A stretch of 64,000 nt of DNA from Lysobacterales bacterium (lineage in GTDB: Bacteria > Pseudomonadota > Gammaproteobacteria > Xanthomonadales > BPKI01): positions 1,732,566 through 1,796,565 of the forward strand of contig BPKI01000001.1 in the NCBI GenBank assembly GCA_026005055.1, read 5' to 3'. Below are positions 39,107 to 49,363 of this stretch, piece by piece. The position numbers and the translations under genes were made by a program. Each line of letters starts with the position of its first letter. Positions within the stretch are counted from its first letter, which is position 1. The notes below the pieces were generated by a model. That model did not search any database. It was not told where the DNA came from and worked only from the letters and a program-made list of their open reading frames with translations.

Positions 39107-40686
39107 GGGATTTCGTGAGCTTGCTGGAGACTCTCGATCGAGCGCGCGGACAGCGTGCCCGCATCCTCGCGCTGGCCGATCACTTCGCTCGCAGCGACCC
39201 GGCCGATGCGGCCTGGACGGTGGCTCTGCTGCTCGGCGAACGTCCCGCGAGGATCCTCGATACCGCCAGGTTGCGAGGCCTGATCGCTCGCTCGAGCGGG
39301 CTGCCCGATTGGCTGGTGGAGCTGTGCCACGCGCATGCCGGCGATCTGGCGGAAACCGCCGCCCTCCTCCTCCCCGGAAGCGGCGAGGGCTTACCCCCGC
39401 TTTCGATCCTGATCGAGCGCGAACTCTTGCCGCTCGCGAGGCGTCCTTTGAGCGAACGCGAGCAGGCGGTGCTCGCCCTTTGGTCGAGGGCACGAGCCGA
39501 TGAGCGATTCGCGCTCAACAAGCTGCTCACCGGCGGCTGGCGGCTCGGGGTCTCGCGGGCCACGGTGGTGCGTGCCCTAGCCCTCCATTCGGGACGCGAG
39601 ACTTGGCGGATCACCGAGCGATTGGCCGGCGAATGGAGGCCCTCGGCCGAAGCCTTCCGCGCTCTCATCGCCAGCGAGGAAGAGCGACCCGATCCGGCTC
39701 GCCCCTACCCCTTCTTCCTGGCCTCGCCGCTTCCCGAGGGACCCGGCGCGCTCGGCGACCCCTCGGCGTGGCTCGCGGAGTGGAAATGGGACGGAATCCG
39801 GGCTCAACTGATCCGCCGCGGCGGCACCAGCGCCATCTGGTCGCGTGGCGGTGAACGGATCGAAGAGCGATTCCCCGAACTGCTCGCGGCGCTCGAGGCC
39901 CTGCCCGAAGATGCGGTCCTCGACGGGGAGATCGTGGCCTGGTCGAGCGATCGACCCGATTCCTTCGCCGCACTCCAGCGCCGGCTCCAGCGCCGCCGCA
40001 GTCCACGCCGGCTGAGCGCGGAGATTCCGGTGCGATTCCTCGCCTTCGATTTGCTCGAGCGATCGGGAGTGGACCTGCGGTCGCGACCGCTGGACGCGCG
40101 CCGCTCGGCGCTCGCGGAAATACTTCATAAGTCAAGTGATATTGTTCAGATAAGTCATTGTTTGGATTTCGATCAATGGGAGAGACTCTCCGCGCTTCGT
40201 GCCTGCTGTCGCGACTTCGGCGTCGAAGGGGTGATGCTCAAACGCAAGGATTCGCCCTACCGTTCCGGGCGCGTGCGAGGCGATTGGTGGAAATGGAAGA
40301 TCGAGCCTTATACGGTCGATGCGGTGCTGCTCTACGCCGAGCCAGGCCACGGTCGGCGGGCGGGGCTGCTCACCGACTACACCTTCGGCGTCCGCGGCGA
40401 GCAGGGGCAATGGCTGCCGGTCGCCCGAGCCTACTCTGGTCTCAGCGAGGATGAGATCGTGGAGCTCGATCGCTGGCTGCGTCGCCACACCCTGAAGCGT
40501 TTCGGACCGGTGCGCCAAGTCGAACCCCATTTCGTCTTCGAACTCGGCTTCGAGGGGATTGCGCCCTCCACCCGGCATCGCGCCGGCCTGGCGCTTCGTT
40601 TTCCACGGATCCTGCGCTGGCGGCGCGATCTCGATCTCGCGGCAGTGAGCTCCATCGATGAGCTTCGCGCCCTCCTGCGGCATTGA
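39103..40686 (+). CDS. ATP-dependent DNA ligase (ligase-associated damage-response cluster type)
   Basis: 527 aa with adenylation motif I (AEWKWDGIRAQL), motif V (EGVMLKRKDSPYRSGR, WWKWK) and an OB domain. An ATGA overlap links it to the exonuclease stop. Confidence 0.88.
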   Translation: MRDFVSLLETLDRARGQRARILALADHFARSDPADAAWTVALLLGERPARILDTARLRGLIARSSGLPDWLVELCHAHAGDLAETAALLLPGSGEGLPPLSILIERELLPLARRPLSEREQAVLALWSRARADERFALNKLLTGGWRLGVSRATVVRALALHSGRETWRITERLAGEWRPSAEAFRALIASEEERPDPARPYPFFLASPLPEGPGALGDPSAWLAEWKWDGIRAQLIRRGGTSAIWSRGGERIEERFPELLAALEALPEDAVLDGEIVAWSSDRPDSFAALQRRLQRRRSPRRLSAEIPVRFLAFDLLERSGVDLRSRPLDARRSALAEILHKSSDIVQISHCLDFDQWERLSALRACCRDFGVEGVMLKRKDSPYRSGRVRGDWWKWKIEPYTVDAVLLYAEPGHGRRAGLLTDYTFGVRGEQGQWLPVARAYSGLSEDEIVELDRWLRRHTLKRFGPVRQVEPHFVFELGFEGIAPSTRHRAGLALRFPRILRWRRDLDLAAVSSIDELRALLRH

Positions 40687-43069
40687 CCGGCTCAATTCTC
40701 GTCTGGCCGCGGCCGGATTCGCCCCTTTTTCTTTCCAGCGCGAGAGCTGGCACGCGCTCGAATCGGCCGAGGCGGTGCTGATCCTGGCGCCGACCGGAGC
40801 CGGCAAGACCCTCGCCGCGCTCGGAGCATTCCTCGCGCGCGCCCTCGCCGCGCCCCGACGCCGTGAGGGTCTGCGACTGCTCTGGGTGACGCCGCTTCGC
40901 GCGCTGGCCGCCGACACGGCTCGCTCCGCCGCCGAATGGGTGGCGACGGCAGGCATCGACTGGCGAGTCGTGCTTCGCAGTGGCGATGCGACCGAGGGGG
41001 CGAAACGCCGCGCGCGGGCCGGCGAAGCGGAGCTCCTCGTCACCACGCCGGAGAGTCTCACCCTGCTGCTGTCGCACGAGGGTTTCCAACGGGCCTGCGG
41101 CGGCCTTTGGGGCGTGGTCTGCGATGAGTGGCAAGAACTGCTCGGGAGCAAACGCGGTGTGCTGGTCGAGCTCGCCATCGCCCGGCTGCGCCGTCTCGCC
41201 CCAAGGCTCAGAGCGATCGCGCTCTCGGCGAGCATCGGCGATCCCGAGACCGCTCTGGCGGTGCTCGCCGCGGGTCGGGAGGGGCGGATCGTCCGTGCCG
41301 ATTCGGCCAGGCCTTTGTTCCTCGAGACCCTTCTGCCGCCGGACCCCTTGGCCTTGCCCTGGGCGGGACACCTCGGTCTCGAGCGGCTTCCCGAGCTCCT
41401 GCCGCGGCTCACCGCCGCCGAGAGCAGCCTGCTGTTCACCAACACCCGCGCCCAGGCCGAGCAATGGTACGCCGCCCTCCATTCGGTCTGGCCCGGCGAT
41501 CCGACCGAGCTCGCGCTGCATCATGGATCCATCGCGCCCGAGCGCCGGGCCTCGGTGGAGGAAGGCCTTCGCAGCGGGCGGCTCCGAGCCGTCGTGGCCA
41601 CCTCCAGCCTCGACCTCGGGGTCGACCTCCCCAAAGTGGAGCAAGTCGTGCAGATCGGTTCGCCCAAGGGCCTCGCGCGACTGCTGCAAAGGGCGGGACG
41701 CGCCCGCCATCGCCCGGGGGCACCCGCGCGGATCATCCTCGTTCCCACGCATCCCTGGGAGCTCCTCGAGATCGCGGCTGCCCGCCTCGCCCTGGCCGAA
41801 GGGCGGATCGAGGCGCGGTCGCCGCTTCGGCTCTGCCTCGATGTCCTCGCGCAGCACCTCACCACCCTGGCCTTGGCCGAACCGCTCGATCCCGCCGAGA
41901 TCTTCGCCGAGGTCCGCGGCACCCATGCCTTCGCGGCGCTCGAAGAAGCGGATTTCGCCGCGATTCTCGCGATGCTCGAGCACGGCGGCTCGGCCCTCGG
42001 CCGCTACCCGGGTTTCGCACGTCTGCGGCGAAACGGCGATGGGCGGCTGGTACCGGCATCCGCCCGCGTGGCCCGCGACCATCGCCTGGCCATCGGCACC
42101 ATCCTCGGCGACGAGCTGGTCCCGGTCATGCTGCTCAACGGTCGGCGGATCGGCGAAGTCGAGAGCCGTTTCCTCGCCCGCTTGCTTCCCGGGGATTGCT
42201 TCCAGCTGGGCGGGGAGAGTCTGCGACTCGTGGCCTTGCGGGAAGACCGCGCTCTGGTGCGCAAGGCGAAGGGAGAGTCGGCCGTGGTGCCCCGCTGGGC
42301 GGGCGGGCGCCTGCCCCTCTCCAGCGAACTGGGAGAGGCGCTGCTTGGGGCCCTCGATCGCGGGGAGGGTCCCGAACTCGAGGCCGCTCGTCCCTTGCTC
42401 GCCCGCCAAGCCATGCTCTCCGCCCTGCCCCGTCCCGGCGAGCTGCTCTGCGAGTGCTACGCGCTTCCCGAAGCGTGGCAATTGTTCGTCTTTCCCTTCG
42501 CGGGGCGCGATCTCCATGCCGGCCTCGCCGCGCTGCTCGGCGCACGTCTTTCTCCTCCTCCCCTCGAGTTCGCAGTCAACGATTACGGGCTGCTCCTCCT
42601 TTTCGGCGAGGAGCCTCCCCTCGGTCGGCTCGGCGAATGCTTGGCGCGACCGCCGCGAGAGGAGGAACTCATCGGCGAGGGTCGGCTGGATGCGCTCTGG
42701 CGCCGTCGTTTCCACGAAAATGCCCAGATCGCCGGGCTCCTGCGCAAGGCACCGCCGGGTGCCGGCCAGGGTCTCCGGCACTTGCGCCTCTCGAGCCGAC
42801 TCCTCTTCGAAGTCCTCCGCCGTCACGATCCCGGACATCCGATGCTGCGCTACGCCCACCGCGAGACGCTCGAACAGGACTTGGCCTTGTCCGGAATCCG
42901 GGCCCTCGTCGAACGGCTCGGGAAGGCCCGTCTGCTCCTCGAGCGACCTCGGCAGCTCAGCCCGCTCGCCCTCTCCCTTCAGGCCGAGCGCTTGCGCGCC
43001 CCGCTCGATCCGCGAGCCGTAGAGCAGAGGGTGAAGCAATGGGCGATCCGGCAGGGGCGTACCCCGTGA
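40658..43069 (+). CDS. Ligase-associated DEXH-box helicase (Lhr-core-like)
   Basis: 803 aa with motif I APTGAGKTLAA, motif II DEWQELLG (DExH-like) and motif VI QRAGRARHRPG. Its position follows the ligase gene. Confidence 0.85.
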   Translation: MSFAPSCGIDRLNSRLAAAGFAPFSFQRESWHALESAEAVLILAPTGAGKTLAALGAFLARALAAPRRREGLRLLWVTPLRALAADTARSAAEWVATAGIDWRVVLRSGDATEGAKRRARAGEAELLVTTPESLTLLLSHEGFQRACGGLWGVVCDEWQELLGSKRGVLVELAIARLRRLAPRLRAIALSASIGDPETALAVLAAGREGRIVRADSARPLFLETLLPPDPLALPWAGHLGLERLPELLPRLTAAESSLLFTNTRAQAEQWYAALHSVWPGDPTELALHHGSIAPERRASVEEGLRSGRLRAVVATSSLDLGVDLPKVEQVVQIGSPKGLARLLQRAGRARHRPGAPARIILVPTHPWELLEIAAARLALAEGRIEARSPLRLCLDVLAQHLTTLALAEPLDPAEIFAEVRGTHAFAALEEADFAAILAMLEHGGSALGRYPGFARLRRNGDGRLVPASARVARDHRLAIGTILGDELVPVMLLNGRRIGEVESRFLARLLPGDCFQLGGESLRLVALREDRALVRKAKGESAVVPRWAGGRLPLSSELGEALLGALDRGEGPELEAARPLLARQAMLSALPRPGELLCECYALPEAWQLFVFPFAGRDLHAGLAALLGARLSPPPLEFAVNDYGLLLLFGEEPPLGRLGECLARPPREEELIGEGRLDALWRRRFHENAQIAGLLRKAPPGAGQGLRHLRLSSRLLFEVLRRHDPGHPMLRYAHRETLEQDLALSGIRALVERLGKARLLLERPRQLSPLALSLQAERLRAPLDPRAVEQRVKQWAIRQGRTP

Positions 43070-43755
43070 AGGCGAGCTCGTTCCGCTTCGCTGGCGAGAC
43101 GCTCTGGCTCGATCCACGCCGCGCGGTGTGGTGGCCCCGCGGATCTTCCGTGCTCGTTGCCGACCTGCATCTGGGCAAGGCGCGGATCCTGCGCGAGCGA
43201 GGCATCCCCGTGCCTGAGGGCACGACCTGCGCCGATCTCCAGCGGCTCGCCGCCATCCTCGAGGCGCTGCGCCCGAAGCGTCTGCTGATCCTCGGTGATC
43301 TGGTCCATGGGCGTCCGCAGCCGGGACAGCTTTGGCTCGAGCACTGGTTGGACTTCCGCCGCCGCCACCGGGCGCTCGAAATCGCAGCCGTGCGCGGCAA
43401 TCACGACCATCGGCTCGATTTCTCGGCCATGGCGATCGAGGATTGGGGTACCTGTGCCGACCTCGGACCGTTTCGGATCCGTCACGACCCCTCTTCGGAG
43501 CAACTGCCCGTCCTGAGCGGCCACGTGCATCCAGTGGCGAAGCTTCGCCTGGGGCGGCTGAGCGCGCGCTTTCCCTGTCTTTGGCTTCGGCCCGAGCACG
43601 CGGTGCTGCCGGCCTTCACGACCCTGGCCGGAGGCTATCCGGTACGAGCTGGCGCCCGAGAGCGGCTCTTCCTCTGCCTCGAGGACCAGGTGCTGCCTTG
43701 GCCGCCCGGCGAAGAGCGGGATCAAAGCACGCGGGCGAGGACCGCCTTGAGGTAG
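43039..43755 (+). CDS. pdeM: Ligase-associated metallophosphoesterase PdeM
   Basis: Contains LVADLHLGKA ... LLILGDLVHG ... VRGNHDH ... SGHVHP, the calcineurin-like motifs. The start is either the ATG at 43039 or the GTG at 43066, which overlaps the helicase stop (GTGA). Confidence 0.8.
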   Translation: MGDPAGAYPVKASSFRFAGETLWLDPRRAVWWPRGSSVLVADLHLGKARILRERGIPVPEGTTCADLQRLAAILEALRPKRLLILGDLVHGRPQPGQLWLEHWLDFRRRHRALEIAAVRGNHDHRLDFSAMAIEDWGTCADLGPFRIRHDPSSEQLPVLSGHVHPVAKLRLGRLSARFPCLWLRPEHAVLPAFTTLAGGYPVRAGARERLFLCLEDQVLPWPPGEERDQSTRARTALR

Positions 43756-44903
43756 CGGCTCTCCGGAACATGGGCGAGGAAGGGGTGATCGGACCCCGCT
43801 CCGCCCACGTGGAGGATCTGCAAGCTGCGTCCGGCGAAGCCTGAGGCGCGCCGGAGCATCTCGAGAAACTGCGCCTCGCTCACCAGGCCGGTGCAAGAGC
43901 AGCTCAGCAAGAGACCACCGGGGGCGAGAACCTGCATGGCGAGACGATTCATGTCGAGGTATTTCTTGAGCGCCGCGATCACCTGATCGCGGTCGCGGGT
44001 GAGCTTGGGCGGATCGAGGACCACCGCCTCGAAGCGCTCGCCGTTGGCGATGGCATCGCGCAGCCAAGGGAACAGGTCGGCTTGGACGAAACGGGCGCGA
44101 ACGCCATTGAGTCGGGCGTTACGGCGCGCGAGCTCGAGTGCCTCCCCGTCGAGATCGACCCCCACCGCCTCCCGCGCCTCGCCGCGGGCGAGGGCGTAGA
44201 TCGTGAAGCCGCCGCTGTTGCAACAGAGATCGAGCACGCGCCGACCGGCGCAGAAGCGGGCGAACAGTGCCCGGTTCTCGCGCTGGTCGAGGAAAAATCC
44301 GGTCTTGTGCAAGCCCGCGGGCCGGACCCAGAAGCGCAAGCCGTTCTCCTGGATCTGAAGCTCGCTCCCGAGCGGAGGGGCCGGTGCCTTGAAACCCTCG
44401 CGTGCGGCGATTTCCTGATCGGCGGTGCCGAGGATCTCGGCTCCTGGAAAGTTCTCCCCCAAGGCCGCGAAGACCCACTCCCGATGCCGCCACATACCCG
44501 CGGCGTGGAATTCGACGACCAGCGTGTCGGCGAAACGGTCCACGATCAGTCCCGAGAGGCCATCGCCCTCGGCGTGAACCACGCGCCAGGCGTTGGTGTA
44601 CCGGTCGAGTCCGAGCAGTTCCCGGCGCAGAGCGGCCGCCCGCGCGATGCGGCGCGCGAACCAATCCCGATCCACGGTTTCGGCGGGGTCCTCGCTCAGC
44701 ATTCTGAGCGCGATCTGCGAGTGCCCGTTGTAGAAGCCCTCGCCGCAGGCTCGGCCGGTCCGGTCCTCGACCCGTACCAAGGTGCCCGGAGGTAGCTTCG
44801 CCTCCGGTCGCTCGACCATCTTGCGAAAGATCCAGGGATGGCGCGCGCTGCGCTCGATCTTGAGCCGAATCAGAGGCAGTGAGCGCTCGGCGGCATCGCT
44901 CAC
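43722..44903 (-). CDS. rlmI: 23S rRNA (cytosine1962-C5)-methyltransferase RlmI-like (PUA + class I SAM MTase)
   Basis: 393 aa with an N-terminal PUA-like region (HPWIFRKMV) and the SAM motif VLDLCCNSGGFTIYA ... VVLDPPK. Confidence 0.8.
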   Translation of the reverse strand: MSDAAERSLPLIRLKIERSARHPWIFRKMVERPEAKLPPGTLVRVEDRTGRACGEGFYNGHSQIALRMLSEDPAETVDRDWFARRIARAAALRRELLGLDRYTNAWRVVHAEGDGLSGLIVDRFADTLVVEFHAAGMWRHREWVFAALGENFPGAEILGTADQEIAAREGFKAPAPPLGSELQIQENGLRFWVRPAGLHKTGFFLDQRENRALFARFCAGRRVLDLCCNSGGFTIYALARGEAREAVGVDLDGEALELARRNARLNGVRARFVQADLFPWLRDAIANGERFEAVVLDPPKLTRDRDQVIAALKKYLDMNRLAMQVLAPGGLLLSCSCTGLVSEAQFLEMLRRASGFAGRSLQILHVGGAGSDHPFLAHVPESRYLKAVLARVL

Positions 44904-44912
44904 CGACGATGC

Positions 44913-47900
44913 TCACATGTTGCGGCGGTACTCACCGCCCACCTCGTAGAGCGCGTGCGTGATCTGGCCCAGGCTGTGGGTCTTGACCACCTCCATCAGC
45001 GCCCGGAAGAGATTCTCGCGCCGCCGCGCGCAATCCTTGAGGAAGGAAAGCGGCTCGCGCTCGCCGGCGAGCGCCACCAGCGCAGGGGGTCGCCGCGAGT
45101 TGCGTCGAGCCTGGAAGCGGCGCAGATTCTCGATCTGCTGCCGTTTCTCGGCCTCGGTGGAGCGGATCAGCTCGACCTCGGTGGTGATGTCGCCGGCGTG
45201 TTCCTTCGGCAGGAACGTGTTCACCCCGATGATCGGCAGCGAGCCATCGTGCTTCTTCTGCTCGTAGTAAAGGCTCTCCTCCTGGATCTTCCCGCGCTGG
45301 TACATGGTGTCCATCGCGCCGAGCACGCCACCTCGCGCCGAGAGCGCCTCGAACTCGCGATAAACCGCCTCCTCCACCAGATCGGTGAGGTACTCGATGA
45401 GGAAGCTCCCTTGCCAGGGGTTCTCGCAGAAGTTCAGCCCGAGCTCCTTGTTGATGATCATCTGGATCGCCACCGCCCGGCGCACGCTCTCCTCCGTCGG
45501 GGTGGTGATCGCCTCGTCGTAGGCGTTCGTGTGCAGGCTGTTGCAGTTGTCGAACAGGGCGTAGAGCGCCTGGAGCGTGGTACGGATGTCGTTGAATTGG
45601 ATCTCCTGAGCATGGAGCGAGCGACCGGAGGTCTGGATGTGGTACTTGAGCATCTGGCTGCGCGGGCTCGCACCGTAGCGCTCCCGCATGGCACGCGCCC
45701 AGATGCGCCTCGCCACCCGGCCGATCACCGCGTATTCGGGATCCATCCCGTTGGAGAAGAAGAAGGAAAGGTTCGGGGCGAAGTCATCGATCTTCATCCC
45801 CCGCGCCAAGTAATACTCGACGATGGTCAGACCGTTGGCGAGCGTAAAAGCGAGCTGGGTGATGGGATTGGCCCCGGCCTCGGCGATGTGGTAGCCGGAG
45901 ATCGACACCGAGTAGAAGTTCCGGACTCCTTTCTCGATGAAGTATTCCTGGATGTCGCCCATCATCTGGAGGGCGAATTGGATGCCGAAGATGCAGGTGT
46001 TCTGCGCCTGATCCTCCTTGAGGATGTCCGCCTGCACCGTGCCGCGCACCACGGAGAGGGTCTCGTCGCGAATACGCTCGTAGACCTCGAGCGGGACCAG
46101 CTCATCGCCACTCACGCCGAGCAGCCCGAGGCCGAGACCGTCGTTCCCCTCCGGCAGCGTGCCCACGAAGGCGGGGCGCTCGCCGTCGGCGAAGATCGCC
46201 TCCATCCTGCGGCGCGCGTCCTCCCAGCGCTGGGCATCGGCGCGCAGATACTTCTCGATCTGCTGATCCACCGCCGCGTTCATGAACATGGCGAGGATGA
46301 TCGGCGCCGGCCCGTTGATGGTCATCGACACCGAGGTGGTCGGAGCGCACAGGTCGAAGCCGGAATAAAGCTTCTTCATGTCGTCGAGGGTCGCGATCGA
46401 GACCCCCGAGTTACCGATCTTTCCGTAGATGTCCGGCCGCTCGGCGGGGTCCTCCCCGTAGAGCGTCACCGAGTCGAAGGCGGTGGAGAGTCGGGCTGCC
46501 GGCTGGCCGAGGGAGAGGTAGTGGAAGCGCCGGTTGGTGCGCTCCGGCGTCCCCTCGCCGGCGAACATCCGGATCGGGTCTTCTCCGCTTCGGCGGTAGG
46601 GGTAGACGCCGGCGGTGTAGGGATACTCCCCGGGCAGATTCTCATTGGCGAGAAATCGCAGGAGATCGCCGAGACCCTGGAAGCGCGGCGGAGCGATCTT
46701 CGGGATTTTCTGCCGGCTCAGCGACTCGCGGTAGTTTTCGACCCGGATCGTCCTGTCGCGCACGCGGTACTCGTTGAACTCTCCGGTGATGGACTGAAGC
46801 CGCTCCGGCCAGCGCCTCAGCAACGCGAGGTACTCACCGTCGAGGGCCTGCAGAGCTTCCTCGTAGCGGCGCCTGAGCGCAGTCCAAGGCCCCTCCTTCT
46901 CGAGCGCGGAGGCGGGGTAAGGATGCAGGAGCGGCGGCCGCTCGGGGTCACAGAGCTCACCGAGCGCGATCCACAACGCCTGCACGCGATCCGCGATCGC
47001 CGCCTGCGCCTCGATGCGGCGGCGGATCGCACGGCCTTGCTCGGCGATCTCGGCGAGGTAACGCTCGCGCGCGGCAGGAATCAACGCATGGGCGCGCGGT
47101 TCGCGTTCCGTGAGCTCCAGACGCGGCCGGAAATCGCAGTGACGGGTGCGAAGCTCACCATCGCGACCGAGCTTCTCGCGGAGCAGACGGCAGAGATTGA
47201 TGAACATCCAGCTCAGGCCGGGATCGTTGAACTGGCTCGCGATCGTGGGATAAACCGGCACCTGCTCGTCGGGAAGCTTGAACGCCTGGCGATTTCGCTT
47301 CCACTGCTTGCGCACGTCGCGCAGCGCGTCCTCGGCCCCACGCCGATCGAACTTGTTGAGCACCACCAGTTCGGCGTAGTCGAGCATGTCGATCTTCTCG
47401 AGCTGGCTCGCCGCGCCGTAGTCACTGGTCATGACGTAGATCGGGAAGTCCACCAGATCGACGATCGATGTGTCGCTCTGGCCGATGCCCGCCGTCTCGA
47501 CCATGACCAAGTCGAAGCCCACCGCCTTCAGGAAGGCGATCGCGTCCTTGAGCACTTCACTCACCGCGACATGGTGCCGACGAGTGGCCATCGAGCGCAT
47601 GAACACCCGCTCCGAACGCAGGCTGTTCATCCGGATGCGATCGCCGAGCAGCGCGCCGCCCGTGCGGCGGCGCGTCGGGTCCACCGCCACGACCGCGATG
47701 CGCATCTCGGGGAAGCACTGGAGGAAGCGATTGAGCAGCTCGTCCGTGACGCTCGACTTGCCGGCGCCGCCCGTGCCGGTGATGCCCACCACGGGCACCC
47801 CCCGACCGGCCACCCACCATAGCCTGCGACGCAACGCGAGCTCCTCCTCGTCGTGCTCGCCGTTCTCGATCGCGCTGAGCTCCCGGGCGATGGCGAGCTC

Positions 47901-48404
47901 CTGGTCGATCCCCGGAATCTCGCGCGGACTCGGCGGGGGCTTCAATCGGGCGGCGCGGGCGCGACGGATCACGTCCTCGATCATCCCGACCAGACCCATG
48001 TGGATCCCGTCGTTCGGATGGTAGATCCGCTCCACGCCGTAGCTTTCGAGCTCCGCGATCTCCCGCGGGGTGATGGTGCCGCCGCCGCCGCCAAAGACCC
48101 GCACGTGTCCAGCGCCCTTTTCCTTCAACAGATCGACCACGTAGCGGAAATACTCCATGTGGCCGCCCTGGTAGCTCGATAGCGCGATCGCGTCGGCATC
48201 TTCCTGGATCGCCGCGCGGACCACCTCGGCCGCCGCGCGATTGTGGCCGAGGTGCACGATTTCGGCACCCTGGGCCTGGATCAGGCGACGCATGATATTG
48301 ATCGCGGCGTCGTGGCCGTCGAAGAGACTCGCGGCCGTGACGAAGCGCAAGGGCCGCTCGCGGAGCGTCGAACCCTGCGGAAGCTGCGGCGCGGGTCGGC
48401 TCAT
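44913..48404 (-). CDS. icmF: Fused isobutyryl-CoA mutase (B12-binding domain + MeaB-like G-protein + mutase catalytic domain)
   Basis: 1163 aa. The N-terminal B12 domain has [12 protein letters not shown]...SSYQGGH. The central P-loop is [14 protein letters not shown] with an NKFD motif. The C-terminal methylmalonyl-CoA-mutase-like TIM barrel has GVYPYRR and [10 protein letters not shown]. Confidence 0.88.
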   Translation of the reverse strand: MSRPAPQLPQGSTLRERPLRFVTAASLFDGHDAAINIMRRLIQAQGAEIVHLGHNRAAAEVVRAAIQEDADAIALSSYQGGHMEYFRYVVDLLKEKGAGHVRVFGGGGGTITPREIAELESYGVERIYHPNDGIHMGLVGMIEDVIRRARAARLKPPPSPREIPGIDQELAIARELSAIENGEHDEEELALRRRLWWVAGRGVPVVGITGTGGAGKSSVTDELLNRFLQCFPEMRIAVVAVDPTRRRTGGALLGDRIRMNSLRSERVFMRSMATRRHHVAVSEVLKDAIAFLKAVGFDLVMVETAGIGQSDTSIVDLVDFPIYVMTSDYGAASQLEKIDMLDYAELVVLNKFDRRGAEDALRDVRKQWKRNRQAFKLPDEQVPVYPTIASQFNDPGLSWMFINLCRLLREKLGRDGELRTRHCDFRPRLELTEREPRAHALIPAARERYLAEIAEQGRAIRRRIEAQAAIADRVQALWIALGELCDPERPPLLHPYPASALEKEGPWTALRRRYEEALQALDGEYLALLRRWPERLQSITGEFNEYRVRDRTIRVENYRESLSRQKIPKIAPPRFQGLGDLLRFLANENLPGEYPYTAGVYPYRRSGEDPIRMFAGEGTPERTNRRFHYLSLGQPAARLSTAFDSVTLYGEDPAERPDIYGKIGNSGVSIATLDDMKKLYSGFDLCAPTTSVSMTINGPAPIILAMFMNAAVDQQIEKYLRADAQRWEDARRRMEAIFADGERPAFVGTLPEGNDGLGLGLLGVSGDELVPLEVYERIRDETLSVVRGTVQADILKEDQAQNTCIFGIQFALQMMGDIQEYFIEKGVRNFYSVSISGYHIAEAGANPITQLAFTLANGLTIVEYYLARGMKIDDFAPNLSFFFSNGMDPEYAVIGRVARRIWARAMRERYGASPRSQMLKYHIQTSGRSLHAQEIQFNDIRTTLQALYALFDNCNSLHTNAYDEAITTPTEESVRRAVAIQMIINKELGLNFCENPWQGSFLIEYLTDLVEEAVYREFEALSARGGVLGAMDTMYQRGKIQEESLYYEQKKHDGSLPIIGVNTFLPKEHAGDITTEVELIRSTEAEKRQQIENLRRFQARRNSRRPPALVALAGEREPLSFLKDCARRRENLFRALMEVVKTHSLGQITHALYEVGGEYRRNM

Positions 48405-49363
48405 TCGGATTCCCTCGAAGATGGGCGCGAAGTCTCGATTTTAGGATCGGGGCGGGACGATCGGCGACGGGGCCGAGCGGCGCTCAGACGCCGCGCCGCG
48501 CGGTGAAGGTGAGACTTGACGGTGCCTTCGGGCAAGCCGAGCTCGAGGGCGATCGCGCGCGAGGACTTCCTGCCGATCACTGCGCGCGCGAGGACTTCGC
48601 GCTGGATCGCGCTCAGATGCGAAAGCCGCGCCTTGAGCGAATCATCGGCGCTCGCCGCGAGCGCAGCAGCGGGATCCGGCGGACCGGGAAGCGCGTGGTC
48701 TGAAAGCAGGGCCGCGGCGCGGCGAAAGATCACCGTTTCTGCACTCTCGCCGGCCGCGACTTCTTCGGGCTCTGGCGGCTGGAGCCAGAGGGACTCGAAG
48801 AGCCCGAGGCAGAGCGCCGCTGCGCGATCGGCATCGAAAAGCGCGAAGATGCCGTACACGCGGTCGCACCAGCGCTCGAAAAGAGTGATCAGCGCCTCGC
48901 TGCGGCGTTCGGCGATGCCCTGCAAGTCCTCGGGGAGCCGGCCGCCGGCGCGCTCATCTATCAAGAGGTGGGGATCATCCTCCCCGCGGATCAGGAGCAG
49001 CGCCCCACGCGGCGCGCTGACCGCCTTCTGGCGAGTGCCGGCCCGGGCCAGGATGAAGTCTCCGGCGCGGAAGCGGCGCTCGCCCTGGCGCAGCTCGCCG
49101 GCGAGGATCAGGCATTCCTCGTCCAAGCGATGGGGATGGCCGGGAATCACCGCCCCCGGCGCGAGGCGCCACAGGGCTAGCCGGACACCGGCCTCGCGGC
49201 GCAACAAGCGCAGCGAGACCCCGGGCAGCCGGCTCTTGTGCCAGTGCCGTCCGCCTCCGATCTCGCTTCCGTCCTCGGTCAGCCCCTCGAGTCTCGCGCG
49301 CAGCATCTCGCGCTGCTCGGCCGGAAGCGGAGGGCCGGAGAGGTGAGCGATGATGAGAGGCAT
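48401..49363 (-). CDS. ECF-type sigma-70 family protein with an N-terminal ChrR-like cupin domain (unusual fusion)
   Basis: The N-terminal part is a ChrR-type cupin: [69 protein letters not shown]. The middle is a degenerate sigma region 2 ([36 protein letters not shown]). The C-terminus is sigma region 4 ([47 protein letters not shown]). There is no in-frame stop between the parts. The start is uncertain: ATGs at 49363, 49429 and 49441, with the ORF open to 49615. Confidence 0.6.
   Translation of the reverse strand: MPLIIAHLSGPPLPAEQREMLRARLEGLTEDGSEIGGGRHWHKSRLPGVSLRLLRREAGVRLALWRLAPGAVIPGHPHRLDEECLILAGELRQGERRFRAGDFILARAGTRQKAVSAPRGALLLIRGEDDPHLLIDERAGGRLPEDLQGIAERRSEALITLFERWCDRVYGIFALFDADRAAALCLGLFESLWLQPPEPEEVAAGESAETVIFRRAAALLSDHALPGPPDPAAALAASADDSLKARLSHLSAIQREVLARAVIGRKSSRAIALELGLPEGTVKSHLHRAARRLSAARPRRRSSRPDPKIETSRPSSRESE

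Noticed and set aside
40442-43755. Very long alternative ORFs across the helicase/pdeM region: 891 aa on the minus strand, and 680 aa and 875 aa on the plus strand.
   Set aside because: These are typical high-GC shadow ORFs. Their translations are Arg/Gly/Pro/Ala-rich with no motifs, whereas the 803-aa frame carries the complete helicase motifs I, II and VI.
44955-47822. 955-aa plus-strand ORF opposite icmF. Similar antisense ORFs lie opposite other genes: 10251-11621, 15923-16798, 17542-18669, 28339-29007, 33107-33850, 36328-37419, 49615-50691 and 62499-63764.
   Set aside because: These are shadow ORFs on the strand opposite well-supported genes, with no recognisable domains. This is expected when stop codons are rare in GC-rich DNA.
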